Shown here in pieces: positions 13,773-28,907 of a stretch of 64,000 nucleotides of DNA. Position 1 is the stretch's first letter, and every line of letters starts with the position of its first letter. Location: assembly GCF_009914755.1 (NCBI RefSeq), contig NC_060926.1; one strand, written 5' to 3'. The position numbers were made by a program, and so were the translations under genes. Source of the DNA: the human T2T-CHM13v2.0 reference genome, Homo sapiens. Under the pieces are notes generated by a model. That model had not been told where the DNA came from. It searched no databases and saw only the letters and a program-made list of their open reading frames with translations.

Positions 13773-14369
13773 ACTCTCCACAGCTATTGGGATTATCTTT
13801 CTGACTTTGTCTCATAGCATCTGGGTTTGAATCCATATTGACAGTCTCTCTAGTTCTGGTACATGGGCTGAGGTCTTGTTTCCTTCTTCTAATTGCATAG
13901 TCAGAATTGGCATACCAGTCCTGGGAAATTCCTGTATTCCTGGATATCTGTATCCCCAGATACCTGTTTGAAGTAGTAGGAGGCATTTCAGGCCTTGAGA
14001 TCTTTAACAATTCTGAATGCCAGGCCTTGAAATTCTTATTTTAATCAAAAAACCATTCCTTCAGTCCCTGTCCTAGGTGCCTTGAATATGCTTGTATTTT
14101 CAGTAACATATAGCTTTGGCTTAATAGATAATTGCTGTATAGTCCTATTTCAGCTGCTGAAGAACAGAAAATATTAGATTACCAATCTCATTATAGTTTC
14201 CATGATCATTATAGTTTCCAAATTGTGGAATTTGGAAGGGTGTTCTAAGAACTGACAGTCTCCTTGAACTCTTCATTGTGAGGAGTTTAGAGTTTATCTG
14301 GAGAGGGTACACTTCTGACTCATTTCCATGAAAGCATCAGGTCTCATGGAATAGTCACAGAAGAAAAGA

Positions 14370-14560
14370 ACTCAGAAACAGAAACATTCTGTTCCAGCTT
14401 TAGCTTTATAACTAATTAAATGGTGTAACTAAAAACAAGCCACTTAACATTTTGTGTCTCATTTTCCTCATATATCAAAAGAAAAATAATAACAACTAGA
14501 TTTGTTGTGAGACAGAATTCAATAAGGGGAAAGTGCTTTGAAAAATATGAAACTGTACCA
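14370..14560 (+). mobile_element. MIR remnant
   Basis: 'aagccacttaacattttgtgtctcattttcctc...gttgtgag...aagtgctttg'. Confidence 0.6.
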
Positions 14561-15727
14561 GAGTAAGGTAATTTTATTATTTTATAGCCTAAGTTGCTTT
14601 GGTCTTCCAATTTTAGTTGAAATTGTACAATTGAAGATGAAACATCAATTTCATAGAGGGAATATAGCAGAATGAATAGTAGTAGAAAGATCAATTTAAT
14701 CTAGACTTCATATTTTTATTATGTGAAATCACTTAAAAAGTAACAGCATCTTTACTCATAATTTTAGTGTAAGAAAGAAAATGTATTGCAGCAATTGCAA
14801 AGAACAGGGCCATTAATTTTATTAAATTTTTGACATCATTTAAATGTGCTCCAAAAAGGGTTATGTTTGTTTCATGCTACAGAAATGATAAACTCAAATG
14901 ATAACATCACATAAGCAAAATCTAAAAGGGGGAACCTCTCTTAAAAAATATTAGTACTGTTAAAAGATCTTTATAAATTTGCCTGTGATCTGTTACAAGG
15001 TACAAGAACATCAAGTAATAGTTTTTATATTTATAATTCATTATGATTAGATAATTTTTAATTCAGTTTTTAATTTTTTCTAAGTACACATTTCAACTGA
15101 ATTTTTAACCTCTCCCCCTTCCTGGTTGTTGCCACAAGTTTGGAAGCCTGCAGTCAAGGTGGTGATTCAGCAACTCTTCTGCTTGCTTAAAATGATTTGA
15201 ATTCCATTCACAATCACCAGGGTGAACAATCACAGTATAAAGAAATCCCCAAACAATCTTGTTTTCAGGCAGCCTTCCCATCTTAATGCCTTGTATCACT
15301 GGGATCAGAACACCTCCTCAGAGCAGCGTGGGCACGTTGTGCTATGCCAGAGTTTTTCTGTCAGGCAGGATATGCAAACAGTGTGTTTTTCCAAGTGAAA
15401 TATACCGTTGTTTCCAAATTTGGTGGAAGAATGAAGTGAATAAGAAAATTTAATATGTTTATAGTTCTTTTATGTCTTAAAAAATGAAGAAATTAGGCTT
15501 TATTAGTAACAAAACACCTTTTGACACTGGTGTCCTCACGTAATAACCAGTGCAGCATTTCATATATTTCGGACCTGAAAACACACATACAACAAAGGGA
15601 GAGTGCTCATATATTTTTATATTAATAGATAGGGCCATGCTGCCGGCATATTTGGAGTTCACTTGTTCAGAGCACTAGGAAACTTACTTGATGAATGGTG
15701 AGAGTACATAGAAACCTACACTTCTAA

Positions 15728-16057
<330 letters not shown>

Positions 16058-16369
16058 TAATATATGCCTTACTTTTAGACAGATAAGAGGAGAGCACAGA
16101 ACCCTTCCTGTATTTTGTTTATGCTTAATTACCTCTAACTCCAAATAATCCTTAGGCCAAAGAGGCATATTTTGGAGTGGCATATCTTGATCCTTTTCAC
16201 TATCAATATCTACAGTGGATCAGCACATTTAACTTCCAGGTAGACACTCTGGTCAAATGATCCACCAACATTTCCCCAAGCCCTCTCCCTACTCTTCTTC
16301 CATATAGGGTGGTGAAAGCTAAATACTCTTTTCCCAGGATCCCTTAAAGCTGGAGCAGCCATATTTTTA

Positions 16370-16832
16370 ATAGTAGATAGTCAGATATGTGCAGGGCAGG
16401 AGAGGACCCCTCCTACCAGAAATGTCTGGTGCCCATCAGGTGATGGTCAGGTGGTTGTTACACTGTCTCTCTAAAATAGTATTAATAATTGGTTGCAGCC
16501 AGTGCCAGGGAAAGGCAGTCTCCCAATAGATAGAAACACCTGAATCTGGTGATCAGCAGCTTCCTGATAAGATCTCAGGAGCTGAGCAAATGGGCTCAAG
16601 CATGTGCACCAAGAGGCAAAATGGCAGAGTTTAACTGGTAGGTGACCTTTCTCTGGGAACACTGAACGGGAAAAATACCTCAAGTGAGCATGTGCACAAC
16701 TTCAGTAAACACACTGCGCATTGGGCCCCTCTCAAGTGCTGGCAGACCACTGTGCATGTGGACAGCCCACCCCAAGGGAAGAATCAAGGGAGAAGAGATG
16801 CAACCCCCTAAAAGCATGCCAGTGTATAAGAC
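16370..16832 (+). mobile_element. MER50-like ERV1 LTR, 3'-truncated
   Basis: 'gcagggcaggagagg...catcaggtgatggtcaggtggttgtt...ctgtctctctaaaata'. Confidence 0.75.
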
Positions 16833-17426
16833 TCTCCTTGAACAAGACAACAATAGTTTGCTGTTAGTTACACCCTACATTCCTTTCTCATCATTTCCCA
16901 TGGTCAAATTAGCTTTTTAAAATATTGTACAGTAACCATTCAGGCGTCTTTTCTTACCTCTGTGAAATGGAATTATGTATTTATTTTCTCTTACTGGAAT
17001 TTCCCTTTAGGAATTCTTTCAGAAAGAACTTGTAGATAGTAACTTTTTTGAGCCTTGTATGTCTGAAAAAAAAATGTCTTTATTTTGCTCTCACACTAAA
17101 TCCAGTGAGTATAGAATTCTAGATTTGAAATAACTTTCAGAACTCTGAAGTCATTGCTCTATTCTCTAGCTTTTATTGTTAGCAATGACAAGTCTGGCTG
17201 GAGTGCCATATTCTGCAACTGCAGGAGGGACCGTCTACTTTGGTGTCTTGTTGGATTGGCCTCTCGGCAGCACAGTGTGAATTCTGCATGATGGGGATTG
17301 TAAAATTGTGGGGACCATGAGTCTGACACTAACTTGATTTTCATTCCTTCATAGATACATGTTTGTTTTCTTTCTGAAAATCATTGAATGCTTTCTTTTA
17401 TACTTAGGGCTTTGACATATTTTTAG

Positions 17427-17978
<552 letters not shown>

Positions 17979-18048
17979 TAACGTTTCTATTGTACTTTCT
18001 GCTGCTTCATTCTCCTGAACTTCATGAGAATCATATAGATCTCAAATC

Positions 18049-18246
18049 ACAAATTTGAAAATGCAACTTAGCCAAAAAGAAAAATTGCATAATTTCACTA
18101 CCCAGAGACAACCAATATTAATATATTAATATGTATGTTTTAGAGTATTCTGTTGATATTTGTTAAAACAAAAACAGAGTAATTGAAAACCTATTTATGT
18201 GTAATGAACATTTAGTAAGTAGCAAGTGCAGGGATGGTTGAAAGAA
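18049..18246 (+). repeat. Dispersed 198-bp direct copy of 19661-19858
   Basis: Manual alignment: 8 substitutions over 198 bp (~96%), no indels. Confidence 0.95.
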
Positions 18247-19257
18247 TGATAGGTCAATTGGCCCCCTCAGTAAGTCAATCTTTATTTGTTTCCATCCTCC
18301 TTTGCTAGACTGCCTCTCTAATGAATGTTTTATTTAAGGGATCATATTTTTCATTTCTATGATCTCTACTCATTCTTTGCATAGTCACTTAGTCTGGTTT
18401 TCTCTATGAACTGTACCTTTGAATGTGAGTTTTTCGTTGAATCTTGCACCTCTAGTTCATGGTTTTTTTCCTTAAGTGTTTTATAATTCTGTTTTTTCCT
18501 CTATGCTAATATTTGAAAATTCTTATTTTCCTTTTTGGTGACTGTAGGTTCCATTTACAGAAGCTTGCCTCTGGTGATTTTAGGGGAGGGCAGTACCTGA
18601 AGCCAGGCTAGGCACATGGGGATGGTTTGGCATCAGAGCTTTGAGTGTGCATTTCCCCCAGAGATCCTCAGTTACCAGGACATTGGCTTCCTCCTCCATC
18701 TCTGGTACCCACTCTGTGCACCTCCTATTTGAACATTTCTACTTTAGAAAATAACACGAATAGTTGAGTTTAGACTAGGGAGAAGTCAAATTCTCTCTCA
18801 CTTTTTCATTAGTCCTGCTGTTCTTGTAGAGGACTATGGGTAACAAAGAGTTACCTCTCTATCTTTCTTCACCCTTAGCACTCATACCAGGAAAATGTCT
18901 GAGCATACAGTTTGCAAGGTTTAGAAAGCAGTTATCAGAATATTGCCTGGAGAGCAATATCCATTCTTTCCACTGCTGTTCCAAACACAGTTAATTAATA
19001 CCCTGATGATATTTCTATGCCTTCCCATTCTCTTTGTATTTGCTCACTTTAAGCTTGGAACATCTTTGACTTTCTCTTATTTCTCCAGATATTTCTTCTT
19101 GAACATGTTTTTTTCAATCTTGTTTCTCTGTCAACATGATCCTGTCTGTTTTCTATTATTCAGGACTTTCTGTTCCACTGATGGCACCCTTGTTTTCTAG
19201 CACTGTGATGGAAATACATTTTTTTAATAAATTACTATTATTTGGGGGCGTAGATAG

Positions 19258-19562
<305 letters not shown>

Positions 19563-19660
19563 TAGAAGAATTCTGGACAGGAAGATAAGTGGATGCTATG
19601 ATTAGTCTTGATTTTAGTAGTCTTTAGTAATCTTTTAGTAATCTTTTCTGGTAATTAATT

Positions 19661-19858
19661 ACAAATTTGAAAATGCAATTTAGCCAAAAAGAAAAATTAC
19701 ATAATCCCACTACCCAGAGACAACCAATATTAATATATTAATATGTATCTTTTAGAGTATTCTGTTGATATTTGTTAAAACAAAAACAGAGTAATTGAAA
19801 ACCTATTTATGTGTAGTGAACATCTAGTAAGTAGCAAGTGCAGGGATGGATGAAAGAA
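19661..19858 (+). repeat. Probable donor of the 198-bp duplication
   Basis: ~96% identical to 18049-18246; continues into L2-like flank. Confidence 0.93.
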
Positions 19859-19946
19859 ATTTAGAGATATGAGGATGCAGACAAAAAAATTTATCTGCTT
19901 TCAAGTAGCTCTTAGTTCAATGGATACCAAAAAAAAGTAAACCATT

Positions 19947-20091
19947 GGAGGGGCAGAGCAAGATGGCGGAATGGATGGTTCCACTTATTGTCCCCCTGCA
20001 AGGACACCAATTTAACAACTAATTACACAGAAAAAGCACCTTCATAAGAACCAGAAATCAGGTAAACACTCACAGTACCTAATTTTAACTT
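19947..20091 (+). mobile_element. 5' UTR start of an L1MA-type element
   Basis: 'ggaggggcagagcaagatggcggaatgg...caaggacacc...cacagtacctaattttaact' resembles an L1M 5' end. Confidence 0.7.
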
Positions 20092-20119
20092 TTGTGTGTG
20101 CGCGTGTGTGTGTCTATGA

Positions 20120-22115
20120 CTATTTTATTTTATTTTACTTTATTTATTTCCATGGGTTTTTGAAGAACAGGTAGTATTTGGTTACATGAGTAAGTTCTTT
20201 AGCGGTGACTTGTGAGATTTTGGTGAACCCATCACCCAAGAAGTATACACAGAACCCAGTTTGTCATCTTTTATTCCTTACCCCCTTTCCTCCCTTTTCC
20301 CCTAAGTCTGCAAAGTCCATTGTATCATTCTTATGCCTTTGCATCCTCATAGTTTAGCTCCTACTTATGAGTGAGAACATATGATGTTTGGTTTTCCATT
20401 CCTGAGTTACTTCACTTAGAATAACAGTCTCCAGTCCCATCCAGGATGCTGCGAATGCTATTAATTCATTCCTTTTTACGGCTGAGTAGTATTCCATCAT
20501 ATATAAATACAGTTTCTTTATTCACTTGTTGATTGATGGGCATTTGGGTTGGTTCCACATTTTTACAGTTGCAAATTGTGCTGATATAAACCTGTATGCG
20601 CAAGTATCTTTTTTGTATAATGACTTCTTTTCCCCTGGGTAGATACCCAGTAGGGGGATTGCTGGATGAAATGGTAGTTCTACTTTTAGTTCATTAACGA
20701 ATCTCCACACTGTTTTCCATAGTGGTTGTTCTAGTTTACATTCCCACCAGCAGTGTAGAGTGTTCCCTTTTTCACTGCATCCACACCTACATGTATTTAT
20801 TATTATTATTATTATGGCCATTCTTGTGGGAGAAAAGTGGTATCACATTGTGATTTGGATTTGCATTTCCCTGATCATTAGTGATATTGAGCATTTTTTC
20901 ATATGTCTGTTGGTCATTTGTATATCTTCTTTTGAGAATTGTCTATTTATGTCCTTGCCTACTTTTTGATGGGATTGTTTTCATCTTGCTAATTTGTTTG
21001 AGTTAGTTGTAGATTCTGGATATTAGTTCTTTATCAGATGCATAGATTGTGAAGATTTTCTCCCACTCTGTGGGTTGTCTGTTTAGTCTGCTGACTTTTT
21101 CTTTTGCCATGCAAAAGCTCTTTAGTTAAATTAAATCCTACCTATTTATCTTTCTTTTTATTGCCTTAGCTTTTGGGTACTTGGTCATGAAGTCTTTGCC
21201 TAAGCCATCGTCTAGAAGTGTATTTCCAATATTATTTTCTAGAATTTTTGTAGTTTCAGGTCTTAGGTCTAAATCATTGATCCATCTTGAATTGATTTTT
21301 ATATAAGGTGAAAGATGAGGATCCAGTTTCATTCTCCTATGTGGCTTGCCAGTTATCCCAGCACCATTTGTTGAAAAGGGTGTCCTTTCCCCACTTTATG
21401 ATTTTGTTTGCTTTGTTGAAGAAGAGTTGGCTGTAAGTATTTGGGTTTATTTCTGGGTTGTTTATTCTGTTTCACTGGTTTATGTGCCTATTTTTATACC
21501 AGTACCATGCTGTTTTGGTGACTATGGCATTATAGTATAGTTTGAAAGTAGGTAGTGTGATGCCTCCAGATTTATTCTTTTTGCTCAGTCTTGCTTTGAC
21601 TATGCAGGCTCTTTTTTGGTTCCATATGAATTTTAGGATTGCTTTTTCTAGTTCTATGAAGAATGATGATGGCACTTTGATGGGAATTGTATTGAATCTG
21701 TAGATTGCTTTTGGCAATATGGTCATTTTCACAATATTGATTCTACCCATCCATGAGCATGGAATGTGTTTCCATTTGTTTGTGTTGTCTGTGATTTCTT
21801 TCAGCAGTGTTTTGTAGTTTTCCTTGTAGAGATCTTTCACCTCCTTGGTTGGGTATATTCCTAAGTATTTTATTATTTTTTTCAGCTGTTGTAAAAGAGG
21901 TTGAGTTCCTGATTTGATTCTCAGTTTGGTCGCTATTGGTGAATAGCAGTGCTACTGATTTGTGTACATTAATTTTGTATCCTGAAACTTTGCTGAACTC
22001 ATTTCCTAGAACTCAGTTCTAGGAGCTTTTTGGAGGAGTCTTTAGGGTTTTCTAGGTATACAATCATATCATCAGCAAACAGCGACAGTTTGACTTTCTG
22101 TTTACCGATTTGGAT
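20120..22115 (-). mobile_element. L1PB-type LINE, 5'-truncated (~2 kb)
   Basis: Minus-strand ORF2 fragments ([15 protein letters not shown]...; HCWWECKL...) and an L1PB-type 3' UTR and tail; (TG)n at 20093-20113. Confidence 0.9.
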
Positions 22116-24028
22116 AATAAAAAGGCTTCCAGCAAAGAAAAGCCCAGAACCTGATGGCTTCACTGCTGAATTCTACCAAACGTTTAAGGAAGAACTTATA
22201 CCAATCCTACTCAAACTAGTCTGAAAAACAGAGGAGGAGTGAATACTTGCAAATTTATTCTACAAGGCCAGTGTTTCTCTGATACCAAAACCAAAGACAC
22301 ATAAAAAAAGAAAACTACAGACCAATATCAACTAAGGAATAGTGATGCAAGAATCTTTAGCAAAATACTATCTAACAGAATTCAACAACACATTAAAAAG
22401 ATAACTCATGACAACCAAGAGGGATTGATCCCTGGGATGCAATGATGGTTCAACGTATGCAAATCAATCAATGTGATACATCATGTCAACAGATTGAAGG
22501 ATAAAGGCCATATGAGCATTTCTACTGATGCTGAAAAGCATTTGATAAAATTCAACATCCTTTCATAATAAAAACCCTCAAAAAACTGTGTATAGAAGGA
22601 ACACACCTCAACATAATAAAAGCCATATATGACAGACCCACAGCTAGTATCATACTGAATGGAGAAAAACTGAAAGCCTTTCCTCTAAGACCTGGAACAT
22701 ACCGAGGATGCCCACTGTCTCCACTGTTATTCAACATAGCACTGGAAGTCCTAGCTAGAACAGTCAGACAAGGGAAATAAATAACAAGCATCCAAATTGT
22801 AAAGGAAGAAGTCAAGTTATCCTTATTTGCAGATGATATAAACTTGTATTTGGAAAAACCTTATGTCTCCACCAAAAAACATTAAAAGTGATGAACAAAT
22901 TCGGTAAAGTTGCAGGATACACAATCAACATACAAAAATCAGTAGCATTTGTGTATGCCAACAGTGAACAATGTGAGAAAGAAATCAAGAAGTAAAGAGT
23001 ACAGACAACTCTGGAGGGGAAAATCTACGAATCTGATTAAAAATGAGCAAAAGATCTGAATAGACATTTTTTAGAAGAAGACATACAAATGGAAAGTGTA
23101 TATGAAAAGGTACTTAACATCACTGGTCATCAGAGAAATGCAATCAAAAGTACAATGAGATAGCATCTCACCCCATTAAAGTGGCTTTTGTCCAAAAGTC
23201 AGGTAATAACAAATTCTCGCAAGGATATGGAGAAATGGGAACCCTCATTCACTGTTGGTGGGAATGTAAATTAGTACAACCACTATGGAGAACAGTTTAG
23301 AGGTTCCTCAAAAAACTAAAAATAGAACTACCATAAGATCCAGCAATCCCACTTTTAGGTATATACCCAAAAGAAAGGAAGTCAATCTATTGAAGAGGTA
23401 TCTGCACTCCCAAGTTTATTGCAGCACTATTCACAATAGCTAAGATTTGGAAGCAACCTAAGTGTCTGTCCATCAACAGATGAATGTGTAACGAAAATGT
23501 ACATATACGCAGTGGAGTACTATTCAGCCATAACTAAGAATGAGATTTGGTCATTTGCCACAACACGGATGAAACAGGAGGTCATTAAGTATAATAAGCC
23601 AAGCACAGAAAGACAAACATCACATGTTTTCACTTATCTGTGGGAGCTTAAAATTAAAACAGTTGAAGTCATGGAGATAGAGAGTAGAAGGATAGTTAAC
23701 AGAGGCTGAGAAGGGTAGTTGGAGGGTGGGGGGAAGGAAGGGACGATGGTTAATGGGTACAAAAATATAATTAGAATAAATAAGATCTAGTATTTGCTAG
23801 CACAACAGTGTGACCATAGTAAAAATAATTTAATTGTTCATTTTAAAATAACTAAAAGAGTACAATTATATTGTTGGAAACACAAAGAATAAATGCCTGC
23901 GGTGATGGATATCCTATTTACTCTGATGTGATTAATATGCATTGTTTGCCTATATCAAAATATCTCCTGTAGCCCATAAACATATATACCTACTATGTAC
24001 CCACAAAAACTGAAAATAAAAAATTAAA
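22116..24028 (+). mobile_element. L1MA-type LINE, ORF2 3' part plus 3' UTR, with an internal deletion near 22995-23025
   Basis: [28 protein letters not shown] motif; 3' end 'atatacctactatgtacccacaaaaactgaaaataaaaaatt'. Confidence 0.9.
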
Positions 24029-24724
24029 GGAATATATATGTCTACTAAATAGAATGACACATGCTGTCGTAGAGGTAAGCATGGACTTCTCTGGAAAGCA
24101 CAGAGGACATGGACTTAGCTGAGATGATGGCAGCGCCATAAATGAAGGCTCTCTGGTGGCTATGTGGAGGAGGTGATATCGCCAGTTTTGAATAGGACAG
24201 TTAACTTGGGAAAAAAGGACAGTGTTTGGATGATCAAGGCTTTCCAAGAAGAAAGAACAAGAAATGGAAGGTCTGTAGCCTTTGACCGGATGGCAAAAAA
24301 GGATGAGATCATGAAGAATTTGTATTACATGGTAGTAAGAGTAAAGGTATGAATGCTGTACATAACTAGGCAGTTACTTTAATGAAGGGAATTACATCAT
24401 CAGAATTGTGTTGTAGAAAATGTGGTCTGTCATTTGTGTGAAGTGTATATTGGAAGAGGGCAAAACCGGAAGTGGTATGGTAATCTAGACAAGAAGGATG
24501 ATGCAATAGATGAGATTAAACCATCCATTCCCTTCTATTGGATAGAAGAATTTGTCCCCCTAGCTCCTGGGAGTGCTGCTGACAGGCAGTTCTCAGCTGT
24601 CAGCCCTCTACATAATTGCCTTAGCTAAATAGATTTCTCTCCTAAGGTCATTTTGCCCTCTCATGACAGCCCATATCCAATAACTGGTTAATGCAAATGA
24701 ATAAAAACCCTTCCCCTTTCCTCC

Positions 24725-25345
24725 TGTATGAGGCAGAATTCCAAGATGATCCCCAAGATTCCAGGCCCCTGGTATATACACACCTTCTCCCAGTTATTCA
24801 ATCAGATACTAATGTAAGTATTGCTGGGAAGGAATTTTGCAGGTATAATTAGGGTCTTAAATCAGCTGACCTTAAGATAGATTATCTAGGTGAGTCTGAC
24901 CTATTCAAATGAACCTTTTAAAAGAAAGCTTTCTACAGCTGGTTGATGAAGGGGAAGTCAGTTATTAAAAGAAAGAGAAGGCTTTGACACAGCAAGTTGC
25001 TATCTTGAAAGGTGAAGGAGTCCACATGTCAAAGAATGTAGTAGGCTTTTAGTTGCTGAGAGAGGCTCCAGGTTGGCAGCCAGCAAGAAAATGAAGACCT
25101 AAGTCCTACAACTTCAAGAAATTAAATTTTGCAAATTGTAAGACTGAGCTTGGAAGCAGATTTTTCCCCAAAGCCCCCAGAAGAGAACCTAATCTGGCTT
25201 ACACCTAGATTTCAGACCTAAGCAGAGAACCCTGTCACGCAGTGCTGGACTTCTGACCTACACAACTGTGAGTTAAAAAATGGGTCATGTTTTAAGCCAC
25301 TAAGTTGGTAGAAATTTGTTTTACAGCAAATAGAAAACTAAAATA
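24725..25345 (+). mobile_element. MLT1E-like MaLR LTR
   Basis: 'tgtatgaggcagaattccaagatgatccccaagattcc...aaatttgttttacagcaaatagaaaactaa'. Confidence 0.8.
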
Positions 25346-25862
25346 ACCCTTAAACTGCTGTAGGACTTAGCCAAAATATATCGACAGGAGTTGGGGAGTA
25401 CATATGGAACTGGATTGTGAGAGTGCTGGATTAAAGGGACAAAACATAAAGTTGTTTATTGATTTGACAGGTCTCTCCAATATACGGGATTTAATACTTG
25501 GAAAAGACTCTAGAGTATGGTAGTTTTTCCTAGAAGCATGGAAAAGTGATGACCCACAGTAAATGAAGTATTAAATACCAGAATTGCCATAGTAGGCAAT
25601 GGAAGAAAAGATTTAAGAGGCTCAGAGAATTGGACATGCTCTGAAACTGCTCCCCTCCCCAGGCAATATAGTAAATCAAAAGCAATCTTGCATCCCAAAG
25701 AGATGGCACAGACTAGTGTAACCCTTTAAGACCTAAAGAATGCAAGAGTGATGTTCCCCTTCATATCTCCACTTAATTCACCAGTCTGGCCCCTGTAGAA
25801 ACTAGACAGATTTTGGAGGAAGACAGTTGTCTACCGCAAACTCCACTAAATAGTATTCCCAG

Positions 25863-26174
<312 letters not shown>

Positions 26175-27582
26175 TTATGGCTTCTGCATCAATGTGGAAT
26201 GCTTGCTATGTATTGATGTGGCTTCAGGTAAATGATATATAGCTAACAAGCTGGTAAATGTATTTTTCCCACCCCTATCAAAAACAGAATCAGGGATAAT
26301 CACTGTCGTTCTTCCTGTGTATGCACGTTAAACAAATTTATATGCCTTTTCTCCTAACAAACAAGCGTAATGGGGGGAATCAGAAAACTTTTCGTTCACC
26401 GCTAACTGACAGGTGTATACGTTCACAGTCTTGCCCCAGGACTACATCAACTCTTCTTCCCTCTCTTATAGTCAGGACAAACCTGGACCAGCTGGACATC
26501 TTGCAGAACATCACACTCTTTCACTTAACAGTGATACATAACATCAAGAGGCCTTTGTAAGACACCAGTAAAATGACAGATTATTGCATGTTGAACTTCC
26601 TACCTTGAAGGGGGACAACACAAGGCTTATTAGGCCCCCCTTTTTTGTCAGAAAATTTCCACAGCTGAGAATACTGCTCCAACTCGCATACTAGGTGACA
26701 GGAAAAGCTACCAGCTTTGGGAAGAAAGTGGCTTTGTAGCAAGTCCGTGCTGTGGTGATAGTAGCCCTACCTCTTTGGCCATACAACCTTGGATTCCCTA
26801 TTGTATTAGAGGTATCAGAAATGGGAAGAGATGCTCTGTGGTGTTCTAGAGTAGAGACATATGCAAGTGGGCACCAAATGTGAAAATATTTCTATCACAT
26901 GTCATGCACTTAGAAAGCATTCACCATGGAGGAGGCATTAAACAATCAGACCAAAAACTCACCTAGTTGATATCAACTGATCTCTTCTTCACCCTACACT
27001 AGTGCTATTACAATGGGCATATGAATGGGTGACCATGATGGCAAAGCTGGAGGCCATGCATGGACCAAGCAGTGTGGACTCTCACTTACCAAGACTTACG
27101 AAGCCACTGTTGCTACAGATGCCCAATCATCCGGTAGCAGAACCTAATACTGAGTCTGTCAATATGGCACCGTCCCTCAAGGAGATCAATCAGTTACTTG
27201 GTAACAAGTTGATTACATTAGTCCCCCTTCACAACACTAGGAGCAGCTATATATCCAGGTACTGATTTCCCTTTCTTGGCTACAGAGCCTAAACTGGCAT
27301 TCTCATCTGAGGGTTTACAGCATTTTCTCCATTTATGTGGCATTCTAACCTACATTGTGTTAGACTAAAGAACCATTTTGATGGCAAACAAAGTGTGGGA
27401 GTGGGTGTATAACCACTGGACCCACTGGGCACATTACATACTGCACCCCCCAGAAAGCTGACAACCTTATAGAGCAATAAAATGGCCTACTGAAGGCATA
27501 GCTGAAATGTCAACTCAGAGGCAATGCCTAGCAATGGTGGGACACCATCCTCCAGTATATCCCTCCTGTATGCATTTCAATG

Positions 27583-27836
27583 AGTGGTTCTCCACCAGGA
27601 GCAGTTTTGTCCCTGGAGGAATATTTGACAATGTCTGGAGACATCTTTTGGTTGTCGTAATATAGTGGAGTGGGGGGTCTTGGGGAGGTGAACTGGGGTG
27701 GGTTGTGTTGTACTGGTATCTAGTGGATAGAGGAAAGAAGTACACTAAACATCTTACACTTCATAGAACAGCCCCCCCCCAACAAAAAATTATTCCGCTC
27801 AAAATATTAATAATGCCAAGGGTTAAAAAACCCTGC
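27583..27836. mobile_element. MER20 hAT-Charlie DNA transposon
   Basis: 'agtggttctccaccaggagcagttttgtccc...gacaatgtctggagacatc...ggttaaaaaaccctg'. Confidence 0.8.
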
Positions 27837-28907
27837 TTTAAACCAATGACCTTTACATGATGCTGTTTCCCTATAGTTGAAATTCATTGATCTGGGACTC
27901 ATGAGTTAAAAGCCAAGGAGCCCCACTGACCATCACTACCATTGACCTTCTCGGGGATTGTTTCCCATTTCTACAACTCTGGGCTTCATGAGTTTAGAGG
28001 TTTGGTTTCCAAATACACAAGAGTCTTATTGGACTAAAAGCTACAGCTGTTTCCTGGGCACTTCAGGCTCACCTTACCAAGGGAGAAGCAGGCAAGAGGA
28101 GGAGTGACTCTCTTGGCAGGGGTAATTGACCCTAATCATCACGAGGACTTGGAACCGTTTTTAGTTAGTGGGGTAGGAAAAATACACTTGACTTCTACAA
28201 GGACTTAGAGCTGTCTTTACTTCATGGGGCAAGAAAAATACACTTGGCTTCTAGATATCTACTTGAGCATCGTCTCTTGGTAACCGCTTCCCCAATTTTG
28301 ATGTTTAAAAGGACAAGGGCAGCACTTGGGGCCTGGGAAAGGCACAGTTACTGTAGGCTTAGACCTTTGAGGATGAAGGTCTCAGTCACACCACCACGAA
28401 AAACATCGAGGCTAGCAGAATGCTACCTGAAGGCAAAAGGAATCTAGAATGCATAATAGAAAAGAGAGACGTGAGTATCAATTGTGGTCTGGAGACAAAC
28501 TACAGAGATAAAGGTTATGTTTTGTTCTATTGACATTCCTCCTGTAAGTTTCTTTAGGAAAAGATGCCCATGGAATCCTGGAGGAACTGCTTCTGGAACT
28601 TATGGTGAAGAAGTGGATATGAGCATTACAGGGGACGAACTTTAGTGGATGTTGTGATGTGCTACCCAGATGCCCCTCCAGAACTGAAAAGTTTCCTCTC
28701 CCCTCTGGGAATGCTGCCAGCAGATGGCCTTTAGCTTCCAGACATCTTAGAGACTGCCTAGGCTGAAGAGTGTGGCCTCTCTTAATGCCATACTTCTTTC
28801 CCAGACCATGTTTGATGACTTGTTGATGCAGAGGTATAAAGGCCTCATCCCTTTGCTCCAATTTAATATAATTCAGAATGGCCATCTCAACTGTAAAATT
28901 CCTTGTG

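Noticed and set aside
20120-24028. The opposed L1 segments as one twin-primed inverted L1
   Set aside because: Each segment has its own, different 3' UTR and tail (L1PB vs L1MA), and they overlap in ORF2 coordinates.
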